Shown here piece after piece: positions 20,534 through 30,920 of a stretch of 64,000 bases of DNA. The stretch is taken from the IMG/VR virus record IMGVR_UViG_2811995040_000001, positions 1 to 64,000 of that record. One strand, given 5' to 3'. The DNA comes from a virus (lineage: Duplodnaviria; Caudoviricetes). The first letter of the stretch is position 1, and each line of letters starts with the position of its first letter. A model generated the notes under the pieces. The model saw nothing but the letters and a program-made list of their open reading frames with translations, was not told the origin of the DNA and searched no databases. The position numbers were made by a program, and so were the translations under genes.

Positions 20534-20835
20534 TCAGGCGCCAGCGGATTGGCCTGGCAACGGTTGGGCATCGAAGCGGGTTCACTTTTGCGCATCCATG
20601 GGCTTCGGTACCCGACCCGCTCCCTTATACCTGTATTTTTCCGCAGATACGTCAGCCCCCACCACACGGTGGGTTATTTCAAAACATAATGACAGAATGG
20701 ACACTTTCTGAAAGAAACATGCCAGATAATATGATGAATTGTGATCGCTATTGCAATAGCAACATATGGAACTTACTTTTAAGGCGTTAAAAAGCCAGAG
20801 CGTTTTTCCATAACAGATGTTGATAAAGGATTTTA

Positions 20836-23184
20836 ATGAATATATCATCAAGCAGAATTAATTTTTCCACCATTCCCTTCCAGGTTAAAAAATTAGTTAA
20901 AACTATCCATGAGCGTACGAAAAACCGGTTCTCCTCAGAAATAACCAGCGTTAAAAACACACCTATATCTTTAAATGAAAAATTTAAAATAGGAAAGGAC
21001 TCACCGATTGAATTCGCGTTACCACAAAAAATAAAAAAATTCTTTCATCCGAAAGATAAAAACACCTTAAACAAAACATTGATTACTGTTAAAAATATTA
21101 CTGACACAAATAACACCTGTAAGAAAAATATTTCAGCGGAAGATGCCTCAAAAATTACTACAGCATTCATGCATAAGAATATTGCAAATCAATCACGTGA
21201 TTATAATTACAGAGTGACAGGTGCGGCCCCACTCCCCGGTGGAGTCTCTGTATCAGCCAATAACAGGCCAACGGTTTCTGAAGCCAGAACACCACCAGTA
21301 TCACCCTCCCTCTCACTTCAGGCTACGTCTTCCCCGTCATCACCTGCCGAATGGGCTAAGAAACTCACGGATGCAGTTTTACGACAGAAAGCCGGAGAAA
21401 CTCTCTCGACCACAGAACTTGATTTTTCAGGCGCAGATTTCCGTTACATTTTATTCAGTGAAATATTGCCTTCCAGCTTCATGGAGCGAGACGGCGATAT
21501 CCTTAAGGGGTTCAACTTTTCAAATTCAAATTTCGCTCATTCTGATATATCTGATTTACATTTTGACGAATGCCGGTTCACTTATTCGACACTGCGTGGT
21601 GCAATCTGCAGCAATACGAAATTTAGTCATTCAGATATGAATAATGCGTTTTTACAGTATTCAGTTTTTACACAACAACAGCCCTCTTTTATTAATACAA
21701 CATTAAAAAATACGTGTATGCATCACAAAGCAAACCTCTCTGGCGTTATTTTAAATGAACCGGATAATTCATCACCTCCGTCAAAATCAGGGGGCGGAGA
21801 TTTTATTCGTTTAGGTGATATCTGGATACAAATGCCACTCCTTTGGACTGAGAACGCTGTGGATGGATTTTTAAATCATGAACACAATGATGGTAAAAGT
21901 ATTCTGATGACCATTGACAGCCTGCCCGATAAATACAGTCAGGAAAAAGTCCGGGCAATGGAAGACCTGGTTAAGTCATTGAGGAGTGGCTGCTTATCAG
22001 AGGCACATATCCGGCCAGTTGAAAGTTCGCTGGTAAGCGTGCTGGCCCACCCCCCCTATACGCAAAGTGTACTTATCAGCGAGTGGCTCAGGCCTGTTAA
22101 GGAAAGTTTTTTTGCCCATCAGTGCCAGACCTATAATGACGTTCCCCTGCCAGCTCCTGACACATATCATCAGCAGCGCATACTGCCTGTGCTGCTGGAT
22201 TCGTTTGACAGGAACAGCGCCGCCATGACCACTCACAGCGGATTCTTTAATCAGGTGATTGTACACTGTATGACAGGCGTGGACTGCACTGATGACATCC
22301 GCCAGAAAGCCGCGGCTCTTTATGAGCGGTATCTTGCTCACCCGTTGGTGTCTCCACACATCAATAATGGGCTGTTCGGCGATTATGACGGCAGCCCGGA
22401 CTGGACAACCAGCGCTGCAGATAATTTCCTGCTGCTCTCCTCCCGAGCTTCTGACACGGCGATGATGCTCTCCGCTGACACACTGTCAACGATGTTAAAC
22501 CCCAAACCTGACACTGCATGGGACCGCTTTTACCTGCTGAGAGGGGGAGAGAACGTCTCCACCGCGCAAATCTCTCCGGAAGAATTATTCCGTCATGACT
22601 TTCCGGTGTTTCACACCGCATTTAATCAGCAGGCCCAACAGCGACGCTTTGGGCAACTGATTGATACCATCCTAAGCTCTGAAGAACACAGGGAGCTTAA
22701 CCGGCAGTTTATTGCCGCCACGAAACAGAAATATTCCGACGTGAAGTTTGTTGATGCCCCTTCACAGTCACGTCTGAACGCTGTTTTTGAATCCCTGCTT
22801 CCTGAAGGTAAACTCAGCCCGCCACACTACCAGCATATCCTCAATGCTTATCACCTGACTGATGCCACCCCACAGAAACAGGCGGAAACCCTGTTCTGTC
22901 TCAGTACCGCATTCGCACGCTATTCCTCCAGCGCTATTTTCGGCACTGAACACGATTCTCCGACTATCCTGAGAGGCTATGCGGAGGCGCTGATGCAGAA
23001 AGCGTATGAACTGTCTCCGGAAATATTCCCGTCCGTAGACAAGCTTACCGACTGGTCCAACCGTTTTCACGGCCTCCATAATGCCTTTACCTGTACCAGC
23101 GTTGTGGCGTATGATATGCAACGTCATGCCAGAGAACACTTCCCGGGTGTTCTGTCATCCATCCTGCCACTGGCCTGGGCGTAA
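20836..23184 (+). CDS. sopA: SopA-type HECT-like E3 ubiquitin ligase effector
   Basis: 782 aa, pentapeptide repeats, catalytic AFTCTSVV, C-terminus SSILPLAWA. Confidence 0.93.
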   Translation: MNISSSRINFSTIPFQVKKLVKTIHERTKNRFSSEITSVKNTPISLNEKFKIGKDSPIEFALPQKIKKFFHPKDKNTLNKTLITVKNITDTNNTCKKNISAEDASKITTAFMHKNIANQSRDYNYRVTGAAPLPGGVSVSANNRPTVSEARTPPVSPSLSLQATSSPSSPAEWAKKLTDAVLRQKAGETLSTTELDFSGADFRYILFSEILPSSFMERDGDILKGFNFSNSNFAHSDISDLHFDECRFTYSTLRGAICSNTKFSHSDMNNAFLQYSVFTQQQPSFINTTLKNTCMHHKANLSGVILNEPDNSSPPSKSGGGDFIRLGDIWIQMPLLWTENAVDGFLNHEHNDGKSILMTIDSLPDKYSQEKVRAMEDLVKSLRSGCLSEAHIRPVESSLVSVLAHPPYTQSVLISEWLRPVKESFFAHQCQTYNDVPLPAPDTYHQQRILPVLLDSFDRNSAAMTTHSGFFNQVIVHCMTGVDCTDDIRQKAAALYERYLAHPLVSPHINNGLFGDYDGSPDWTTSAADNFLLLSSRASDTAMMLSADTLSTMLNPKPDTAWDRFYLLRGGENVSTAQISPEELFRHDFPVFHTAFNQQAQQRRFGQLIDTILSSEEHRELNRQFIAATKQKYSDVKFVDAPSQSRLNAVFESLLPEGKLSPPHYQHILNAYHLTDATPQKQAETLFCLSTAFARYSSSAIFGTEHDSPTILRGYAEALMQKAYELSPEIFPSVDKLTDWSNRFHGLHNAFTCTSVVAYDMQRHAREHFPGVLSSILPLAWA

Positions 23185-23185
23185 T

Positions 23186-23290
23186 TTGACACTCCCCTCC
23201 CTAAAGGAAGGGGATTCTTGGTTAGTTAGAAGATCAAGGGCACGCCTTATATCCCCGACCCAAAAGGACGGGGTTTTACGGCGCTCTCGG
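23186..23290 (-). mobile_element. Miniature IS605/IS609-like element (105 bp)
   Basis: Minus strand TTAT|ccgagagcgccgtaaaaccccgtcc...ccccttcc-ttta-gggaggggagtgTCAA. Confidence 0.75.
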
Positions 23291-23518
23291 ATAAGCCTTG
23301 CTAAAAAGCCCATCTGGGTGGGCTTTAGTTATAATCTACCCTCCCGCCAACACGCCCAGCGGGTTAAGTACGGGTGTATTGAAGTACCTGTTACATCAGA
23401 GGTGGCGGGGATTTCTCGCTGCCGGGTCTCTTACTCCTCAGACTCGTAAGCCGTGAAGACAGCAGCCTCCGCCTGTCCGTACAAAGTTCATATTCATCTG
23501 TTAATGTTTAATCAGATT

Positions 23519-24091
23519 CTATCTTAAGGTAAAACAATCACGTTCGGTATTAAAAAAACATTCGCTCTTTCTAACTATCATATCACCACGGATAGGCTCC
23601 TGACTCAAAGGGTGTTTTAACTCCAGGGACAGTACGTCGAAGAATGCCTCTTTATCAAATAAGTGACAAACATCTGACCGTGATGATGCTTTAACAAAAA
23701 TACCGTTTTTTGGAATAGCCATCGTTATCGGACATATTAAATATTTTTCAGAACATGCAAAACTTCCTGATTCAACCTGAAAATTACATAAATCAATCTT
23801 CCATGAAATTTTTAATTCGTTTGCCAGCTTTTTTGCATTGCCCTCCCTTGCTTGATAAGTAAGAGGATGCAACCCCGGTTCATACAACGGAACCACGTCA
23901 AATAAGCCTTTATCGGGCCGATGACATACCTGGTATAGCGCATCACATAGTTGCACCTGAATTTCAGTCGGCCCAGTCCCGCCATCAGGAGGTCTGGCTG
24001 CATTACGTATACTGTCGAGCATATCCAAAGGATATGTTTCTATGTACCCATCAAAGGTATGTAAACGTACATTTGGAAAACTTAATGGCAT
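23519..24091 (-). CDS. NleG-family U-box E3 ligase effector, copy 2
   Basis: LICPITMAIP.NGIFVK...CHLFDK...HPLSQEPIRGDMIV; intact ATG. Confidence 0.88.
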   Translation of the reverse strand: MPLSFPNVRLHTFDGYIETYPLDMLDSIRNAARPPDGGTGPTEIQVQLCDALYQVCHRPDKGLFDVVPLYEPGLHPLTYQAREGNAKKLANELKISWKIDLCNFQVESGSFACSEKYLICPITMAIPKNGIFVKASSRSDVCHLFDKEAFFDVLSLELKHPLSQEPIRGDMIVRKSECFFNTERDCFTLR

Positions 24092-24363
24092 ATTTTATTT
24101 CCTTTTATATTATTAATATCAAAAATACAGCAGCTATTAATTTCTTTTAAAAAGATACCTCACATCATCTCACTAGCATCCATCCAGTGCTGATACTTAA
24201 ATATCCTCAAGGTTTTAATATCTTTAATGCAACGCTTTCAATCATATTTAGGACACATTCCATTTAGTCTGCTGATTATTCACACATAGTTTCATACGGG
24301 ACTCAGCTCCTCCTTCCTGGTATTCCATTTTCATGCAGATTTCACTTCCCGGTAATTTCCCCA

Positions 24364-24410
24364 TTGACTGCTCCCCGCCCTGAAGGACAGGGATTCCCGG
24401 AGGCATTTTG
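24364..24410 (-). mobile_element. Miniature IS605-derived element (47 bp)
   Basis: Minus strand TCAT|caaaatgcctcc...cagggcggggagcagTCAA; both ends match the IS at 19243-20533. Confidence 0.8.
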
Positions 24411-24462
24411 ATGATTGCCGGAGCCGGGTTTCACTTCGTGATGCCTGCAGGAAACTTTCTGT

Positions 24463-25575
24463 TTAACGCCCCTCGCCAGGATTGTTTAACAGGTTCATAC
24501 TGAACGCCAGATTTTCGGCATTCCATTCTCCACCATCCACAGGGGATGCCATGAACTTACTAAATGTGGTAAACCCGGTCACATCCGCCCTTCGCTCGGT
24601 GATAGTCTCCACCGGCAGCTGTGTTGTACCTTCGGTTATCTGATAACGCAGCCGGTTTTCCGGCGCTATAGAGTCACGATAAACTACATTCAGCGCCACG
24701 CCCAGTATCGCCTTCCCTGTACTGTCCGGCAGCTCAAACGTCACGCTGGCCGGTTGCGCCACCGGCTTCACCGCCAGCACCCCCATATCATTATTCGGGT
24801 CCAGCGTGTTCAGTGCAGTGACAATATCCTCACCGTGAGTGTTGCTGTGCCGGTCCCCCTCGTAAGAGGCTACTTTAAATGGCTCCAGCGTAAGATTACC
24901 CAGCAGATGCGGCGTTACCGTGTGGTCGCTGTTATAATCCAGTTGAGCAATATAAATATCTCCGACCATAAAGCTGAAACCATCCTCTTTCACCGGGCTG
25001 AATACTGACCCGACCGTCAGTGCAAGAGGGTATTCACCGTGACTGCCAGCCATTGTCAAAGTAAGGTTTTCCACAGGCTGGCGGCTGACATACACCTGTA
25101 CAGTTGCATTTACCCCCTGACTGTCCGTGCTTATTACCAGCTCATAGTACGCGCTGGTTTCCTCCGTTGCTGTTCTGACACTATTCACCCTTGTGGGCGC
25201 AGTCCCATTTCTTGGTATCGATAACATAGTAGTGTTCACCTGCGAGAGTACTACCGGCTTCTGACTCAGGCGGAAACCTACCTGTATGGCCTGCGCCTTC
25301 AGATCCAGCATTCGGGGGAGCAGTTCCAGCGTGCATGTTGCTGCAGACATGTTTTTTTCTGTCTGCGCCTGCAGGCCATAAAATGTATTGCCCTGCACCA
25401 TCATACTGCCTGTCCGGATAACCGACTTTCCTGGCACAATGTCCCTGAAAGCAGTAATGCCGCACCGTTTCAGGGCCTCCACCGGCTCCCCGGTAATCTC
25501 ACCAGGCGTTATCTGTTTAAATCCGACCAGCGTTCTGATGTCCAGTACTGTCAGGGGATTAACTGTATTCGTCAA
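24463..25575 (-). CDS. Phage tail-region hypothetical protein
   Basis: 370-aa ORF distal to the tail fibre, same strand. Confidence 0.6.
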   Translation of the reverse strand: MTNTVNPLTVLDIRTLVGFKQITPGEITGEPVEALKRCGITAFRDIVPGKSVIRTGSMMVQGNTFYGLQAQTEKNMSAATCTLELLPRMLDLKAQAIQVGFRLSQKPVVLSQVNTTMLSIPRNGTAPTRVNSVRTATEETSAYYELVISTDSQGVNATVQVYVSRQPVENLTLTMAGSHGEYPLALTVGSVFSPVKEDGFSFMVGDIYIAQLDYNSDHTVTPHLLGNLTLEPFKVASYEGDRHSNTHGEDIVTALNTLDPNNDMGVLAVKPVAQPASVTFELPDSTGKAILGVALNVVYRDSIAPENRLRYQITEGTTQLPVETITERRADVTGFTTFSKFMASPVDGGEWNAENLAFSMNLLNNPGEGR

Positions 25576-25576
25576 C

Positions 25577-25834
25577 TCACACCTCTTTTGTCACTAAAAG
25601 AAAACCGTGGAGACTTTTCACCGGTTTAACCAGTGTGTCCCCACCACTCAGGACCACTCCACCGACAGTCCTGACGGGCACGTTAAGCATAAGCCCTCTG
25701 CTGACGGCCTCTCCCCGCAGAGACCTGACCACCACCGATAATCCTGCGTTCTGCATCACCGAGCCATACACTTGCCTGACGGAAATGAAGGTATCAGGGG
25801 TATACCGGTTACCGCTGAGCAGTAACATAAACAT
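25577..25834 (-). CDS. Phage tail-region small protein
   Basis: Strong TAAGGAGG RBS; would directly follow the tail fibre gene once the insertions are removed. Confidence 0.65.
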   Translation of the reverse strand: MFMLLLSGNRYTPDTFISVRQVYGSVMQNAGLSVVVRSLRGEAVSRGLMLNVPVRTVGGVVLSGGDTLVKPVKSLHGFLLVTKEV

Positions 25835-25859
25835 ACTGACCTCCTTATGTGTCCTGCTT

Positions 25860-27002
<1,143 letters not shown>

Positions 27003-27003
27003 T

Positions 27004-27186
27004 ATGAAGACCATCATTTACGATTACAGCTCTGAATTTCCTGACTGTGGCGTACTGGCAGACCTCCCTGACGGGGAAGGGGTTTTCTTTAATACATTTG
27101 ATGACTTTATGTCGTTTGTGGATGATGAGTTTTCTGATGTGCAGCTCGTTCCCCTGTTTGAGGAGGGCGAAAATGAGTACATCTGA
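27004..27186 (+). CDS. Small, very acidic phage protein
   Basis: 60 aa, 16 D/E versus 1 K; tightly coupled to both neighbours. Confidence 0.6.
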   Translation: MKTIIYDYSSEFPDCGVLADLPDGEGVFFNTFDDFMSFVDDEFSDVQLVPLFEEGENEYI

Positions 27187-28318
27187 CAACATGGTGCGTG
27201 TTGATGCGCTGTCTTTCTCTTTCAGCATTTCATATATGCGTGACCTTTCGAAATGGTATGAGTTTAGCAGAGCATCAGGCTATAACGGTGTTCTCCCTGA
27301 ATTTCCGGTTCCGCCCTCACAGACTGATTTCAGAACCGGATTAACCCTGTCATCAGATGTGTATCAGCGTTTACTGGATGATTACTATCAGGAGTATTAC
27401 AACGCGGTTTACTCGCGCATTTTCCTTTTTTTCGACCGAATTTTCGGACTGTCAGTGGGACCGGTGCGTTCCCGTGGTATGCAGGGCTATACCCATTCCT
27501 GCCGTCTGTTTTCATCGGATGGTCAGCATGAATGCGGCTGGCTGATGTTTGGTGGGGCTAATCAGAAAGATACCGCGCATGTGCAGCTCTCCGGCGTGGG
27601 GTGTCGTCATCTGTTTATGAACATCACGCCGTATCTTCTCTGGAATACGCTTAAGGGTCTGGGGGTGACGCGCCTGTCACGTGTTGACCTGTGTTTTGAT
27701 GACTTTACCGGAAATTTCGGTACAGCCTATGCACTGACGGCTTACAAGGACAGGGCTTTTCTCACGGGTAAAGGTGGTCGTGTTCAGGAACTTGATGTTC
27801 GCAGGCCTCTGGCGGGTGAGTCACTCAAAGGTGACACGGTATACATTGGAAAACGTAAATCCTGTATTTACTGGCGAATTTACGATAAGGCTCTTGAACA
27901 AAAAATTGAAGGTGTTTCCTGGTATCGCTCAGAAGTGGAATTAAAAAAAGTCACTGTTGATGTACTTTCTGATGTTGACGCATTTTTTGCGGGTATTTGT
28001 GATTATTCTGCCTCTCTGTTGAGTGGTCATATTGAGCATATACGCAAGCTCCCGCGCGATGAACGCCAGAAAATGAAAAACCTCCTGCCCTGCCTTGAAT
28101 TACTGGGAAGGATAAAGCGAGTCCGTCGCCAGTTCGGAAAAATAGCGTCTGAGGTGCTGGATATTTTCGATGGTGATACTGGTGCAGTCTTCGGTCTGCT
28201 TGCCAGTGATGAGGCAATAAATAAATTTAATCTGGGTGAATACCAGCGTTCTCTTAAACAGGGTGGCGTGATATTCAGCCATTCCCGACAGAAACAACGT
28301 TTATATGGAGTAAATTAA
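27173..28318 (+). CDS. Rolling-circle replication initiator (Rep_trans family)
   Basis: LSRVDLCFDD, TVYIGKR, WRIYDKALEQ, WYRSEVELK; GGAGG RBS before ATG 27173. Confidence 0.9.
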   Translation: MSTSDNMVRVDALSFSFSISYMRDLSKWYEFSRASGYNGVLPEFPVPPSQTDFRTGLTLSSDVYQRLLDDYYQEYYNAVYSRIFLFFDRIFGLSVGPVRSRGMQGYTHSCRLFSSDGQHECGWLMFGGANQKDTAHVQLSGVGCRHLFMNITPYLLWNTLKGLGVTRLSRVDLCFDDFTGNFGTAYALTAYKDRAFLTGKGGRVQELDVRRPLAGESLKGDTVYIGKRKSCIYWRIYDKALEQKIEGVSWYRSEVELKKVTVDVLSDVDAFFAGICDYSASLLSGHIEHIRKLPRDERQKMKNLLPCLELLGRIKRVRRQFGKIASEVLDIFDGDTGAVFGLLASDEAINKFNLGEYQRSLKQGGVIFSHSRQKQRLYGVN

Positions 28319-28320
28319 TT

Positions 28321-28641
28321 ATGCAGACCGGTTATATTTTTCGTGGTATTTGCCTGGCAACCAGGGTGAAAGAAAGTTCTTTTGACGGAAAAGTCAACAC
28401 CAGATATTTCCTGGGGGTAATGTCATCCGTTCGCAATGAATATGGTGTTGAAGACCAGAAAACTCAGGAATTCAGAATTCCAAACAGCAATGATTTCACT
28501 CAGGTGCTGAATTATTATAATTCGCTGAAAGGAAAAATGGTGGAGGTTTCCTTTGAGAACCGTGCTTATACGCTTGATGATGGTCGTAAAGGCTCTAATA
28601 TCTTTGTGACAGGTGTTATTGAGGTTAAGCCGGAAAAATAA
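28321..28641 (+). CDS. Putative ssDNA-binding protein (pV/RstB-like)
   Basis: 106 aa, beta-rich, immediately after rep. Confidence 0.65.
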   Translation: MQTGYIFRGICLATRVKESSFDGKVNTRYFLGVMSSVRNEYGVEDQKTQEFRIPNSNDFTQVLNYYNSLKGKMVEVSFENRAYTLDDGRKGSNIFVTGVIEVKPEK

Positions 28642-28665
28642 CATCTACACAACAGGATATTCTCT

Positions 28666-28890
28666 ATGACCGAAATTAATAATGTCACAGGTAATATATG
28701 TGATGTAGTAACGGGTGTTTGCCATTCGGTAATCTTATCTATAAATTCAGTGCCTGTTACATTTGCTTCGTCTGGTACTGATTTTAAAGTATCTGCTGGT
28801 TATTTTGCTGCTGCCTTTATTCCTACGCTTAGTTTATGGCTGGTTGCAAAATCATCAGGGATAATACTGGAGTTTATACGCAGGTTATAA
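28666..28890 (+). CDS. Putative minor coat protein
   Basis: Small, C-terminal transmembrane segment, precedes the major coat gene. Confidence 0.55.
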   Translation: MTEINNVTGNICDVVTGVCHSVILSINSVPVTFASSGTDFKVSAGYFAAAFIPTLSLWLVAKSSGIILEFIRRL

Positions 28891-28925
28891 ACTCTTTCAT
28901 TAAATATCATTTGAAAGGTTATCAT

Positions 28926-29150
28926 ATGTATAAATCAATATCTTCTCGCGTAATTATTCTATTAGCTTTTATTCTCTCTGCTATTTCTGTTCCCGCAATG
29001 GCTGCAGGACCGGATTTTACGTCACTGACTGATGCCGTAGATTTTTCTACTGTACAGACAGCTATTCTTGCTATTGCTGCATTAGTTGCTGGCGTTTATG
29101 TCCTGATTTCTGGTGTTAAGAAAGTACTGAGTGCTATCAAATCTGCATAA
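28926..29150 (+). CDS. Major coat protein (pVIII-like)
   Basis: Signal peptide ending AMA, acidic mature N-terminus, one TM helix, basic tail GVKKVLSAIKSA. Confidence 0.9.
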   Translation: MYKSISSRVIILLAFILSAISVPAMAAGPDFTSLTDAVDFSTVQTAILAIAALVAGVYVLISGVKKVLSAIKSA

Positions 29151-29164
29151 TTTATTCTGAATAA

Positions 29165-29192
29165 GGAGGGGGAGTTCTGCTCCCCTTTATTT
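29165..29192 (+). terminator. Terminator-like hairpin after the major coat gene
   Basis: GGGGAG-TTCTG-CTCCCC then TTTATTT. Confidence 0.6.
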
Positions 29193-29273
29193 ATGGCTGA
29201 ACTGTGGAATATTGTCTTTTTTGCATGGGGTCTGTTATGCGCCTGGATCGTGGTTCGTGGTTTCGACGACTGA
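29193..29273 (+). CDS. 26-aa putative minor coat peptide (not in the ORF track)
   Basis: MAELWNIVFFAWGLLCAWIVVRGFDD*, single TM in the structural module. Confidence 0.55.
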   Translation: MAELWNIVFFAWGLLCAWIVVRGFDD

Positions 29274-30919
29274 CGGTTTATTATCTTTGCTTCTGCGTCG
29301 TTTTCGTATCTTTTCCGCGCAGAACTGAAGCTGCGTTTCCCCTTGCTATCCCTATAGTGATGGCGGCTGTACCTGCCGGAACGACTTCACTTTCTGCCAT
29401 CAGTGGTGTGACACTGAGTTATATTGCTTATACCCTGGGGATTACTGCTGTGGCCACGACGGCAGCAGGTGTTGCTCTTGAATATAATGGCAGAACGTCA
29501 TCCAGCACAGGAGCAAATCTTCGTCAGGATGGTATTCCTGTAGCGGGTTCTACGATGATCTCGATGGGCGTGACTAAGCCTTCTGACTGGGATATGCCTT
29601 ACCATGGTGGGCGTCTGGTTAATGTGACGTCATCTTCTCAAATGGCATCAATTGCGCCGGGTCTTATAAATTCACCCTCGTTATATTCTCCACCGTCATT
29701 ACTTAATCCTGTCCCTGTTTATATTCCACCTAAGCCAGTTATCAGTTATCCGTCTGCGCCGTCAGGGGTTAAGTTTACGTCCTATCCGGGAGGTGTTTAT
29801 AATATTAAATCAAACATAATTTCCGATGATATTAATCCGGATAATCTGAATTATATTTCTGCATCAGATATCAGTGAACTTGCCAGTTTTATTCTTGCCA
29901 ATAATAAAACAAAAACAGACTATGCCTTTGAACGTATCCGTGGTGGTTATAGTGCATTATATAATGGTGGCAGAATAAACGACCACGGTGTTTATCGTGA
30001 TGGTTATGCCTGCGGTGATTTACTTCCACCTCTTGATTATCCCCAGATAATCAGCACTGTTACATCTTCTTCTCAGACCGGGCGGTATATGATTGACGGC
30101 TCTGTTAAAACACTGCCAGCGTTATCGCATATTCAGATTTATGTACCTGCTGTGAGTTATAGCTGTTTTCTTCCTCAGTCTGTTGGAGGGTTAACCAGTA
30201 TCAGTAACTCTGTTGGTTCAACTACTATTGCTGATATTACTGTTTCCCCTAATCCGTCATTCATTGATATTTCCGGCAGTAATCAGGATGTAGACAATCC
30301 CCAGCTTTTACCTCCTCTGGGTCAGGTTGCTGGTATTCAGGAGGATTTTAAATATCGTTATTTAACACCTGCTCAGATAGCTTCCTTTATCAATACAGCA
30401 TGGCAGCAGGCATCGGCAAGGGAAGGTTATAAAGGAATTCCTTATTCATCTTCCATTGCTGCCACGCCTCAGCTTATTAAAGATATTATGGATGCGCGGG
30501 GAATGTCTTTGTCTCTGTCCTCACTCTTTGAGCCTGTAGGTAAAGCCGGGTACTGGGATATTCCGGTTTATAACATCACTTTAAATCAGTATGTCAGCAT
30601 TACTAATATTGAAGCCGATCCGGTTATTGATTTTGGCCCGAACCCGGGGGTTACGGCTCCCGAACTGGCACCTTCTGCGGGTTTCGAAAAACCTCTGGGA
30701 CCGATTTTTAATATCATGCCTTTTATGAGGGAACTAAAACTCCCGCATAAAGCGTCTTTCTGTCCGACTTTTAGCTATGACATTCCGCTAATAAACATCA
30801 GCGGGAAATTTGATGCCCACTGCCGCATATTATCTCCCCTGACACCCCTTATCTCGCAGATTTTCGTGATTACCTGGACGCTGCTGGCGCTGTTTATCGT
30901 CCTGAGAAGGAAAGGATAA
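29237..30919 (+). CDS. pIII/TspB-like adsorption protein 1
   Basis: Signal peptide, C-terminal DFGPNPG..APEL...CP...HC then TM anchor. Confidence 0.75.
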   Translation: MRLDRGSWFRRLTVYYLCFCVVFVSFPRRTEAAFPLAIPIVMAAVPAGTTSLSAISGVTLSYIAYTLGITAVATTAAGVALEYNGRTSSSTGANLRQDGIPVAGSTMISMGVTKPSDWDMPYHGGRLVNVTSSSQMASIAPGLINSPSLYSPPSLLNPVPVYIPPKPVISYPSAPSGVKFTSYPGGVYNIKSNIISDDINPDNLNYISASDISELASFILANNKTKTDYAFERIRGGYSALYNGGRINDHGVYRDGYACGDLLPPLDYPQIISTVTSSSQTGRYMIDGSVKTLPALSHIQIYVPAVSYSCFLPQSVGGLTSISNSVGSTTIADITVSPNPSFIDISGSNQDVDNPQLLPPLGQVAGIQEDFKYRYLTPAQIASFINTAWQQASAREGYKGIPYSSSIAATPQLIKDIMDARGMSLSLSSLFEPVGKAGYWDIPVYNITLNQYVSITNIEADPVIDFGPNPGVTAPELAPSAGFEKPLGPIFNIMPFMRELKLPHKASFCPTFSYDIPLINISGKFDAHCRILSPLTPLISQIFVITWTLLALFIVLRRKG

Positions 30920-30920
30920 G

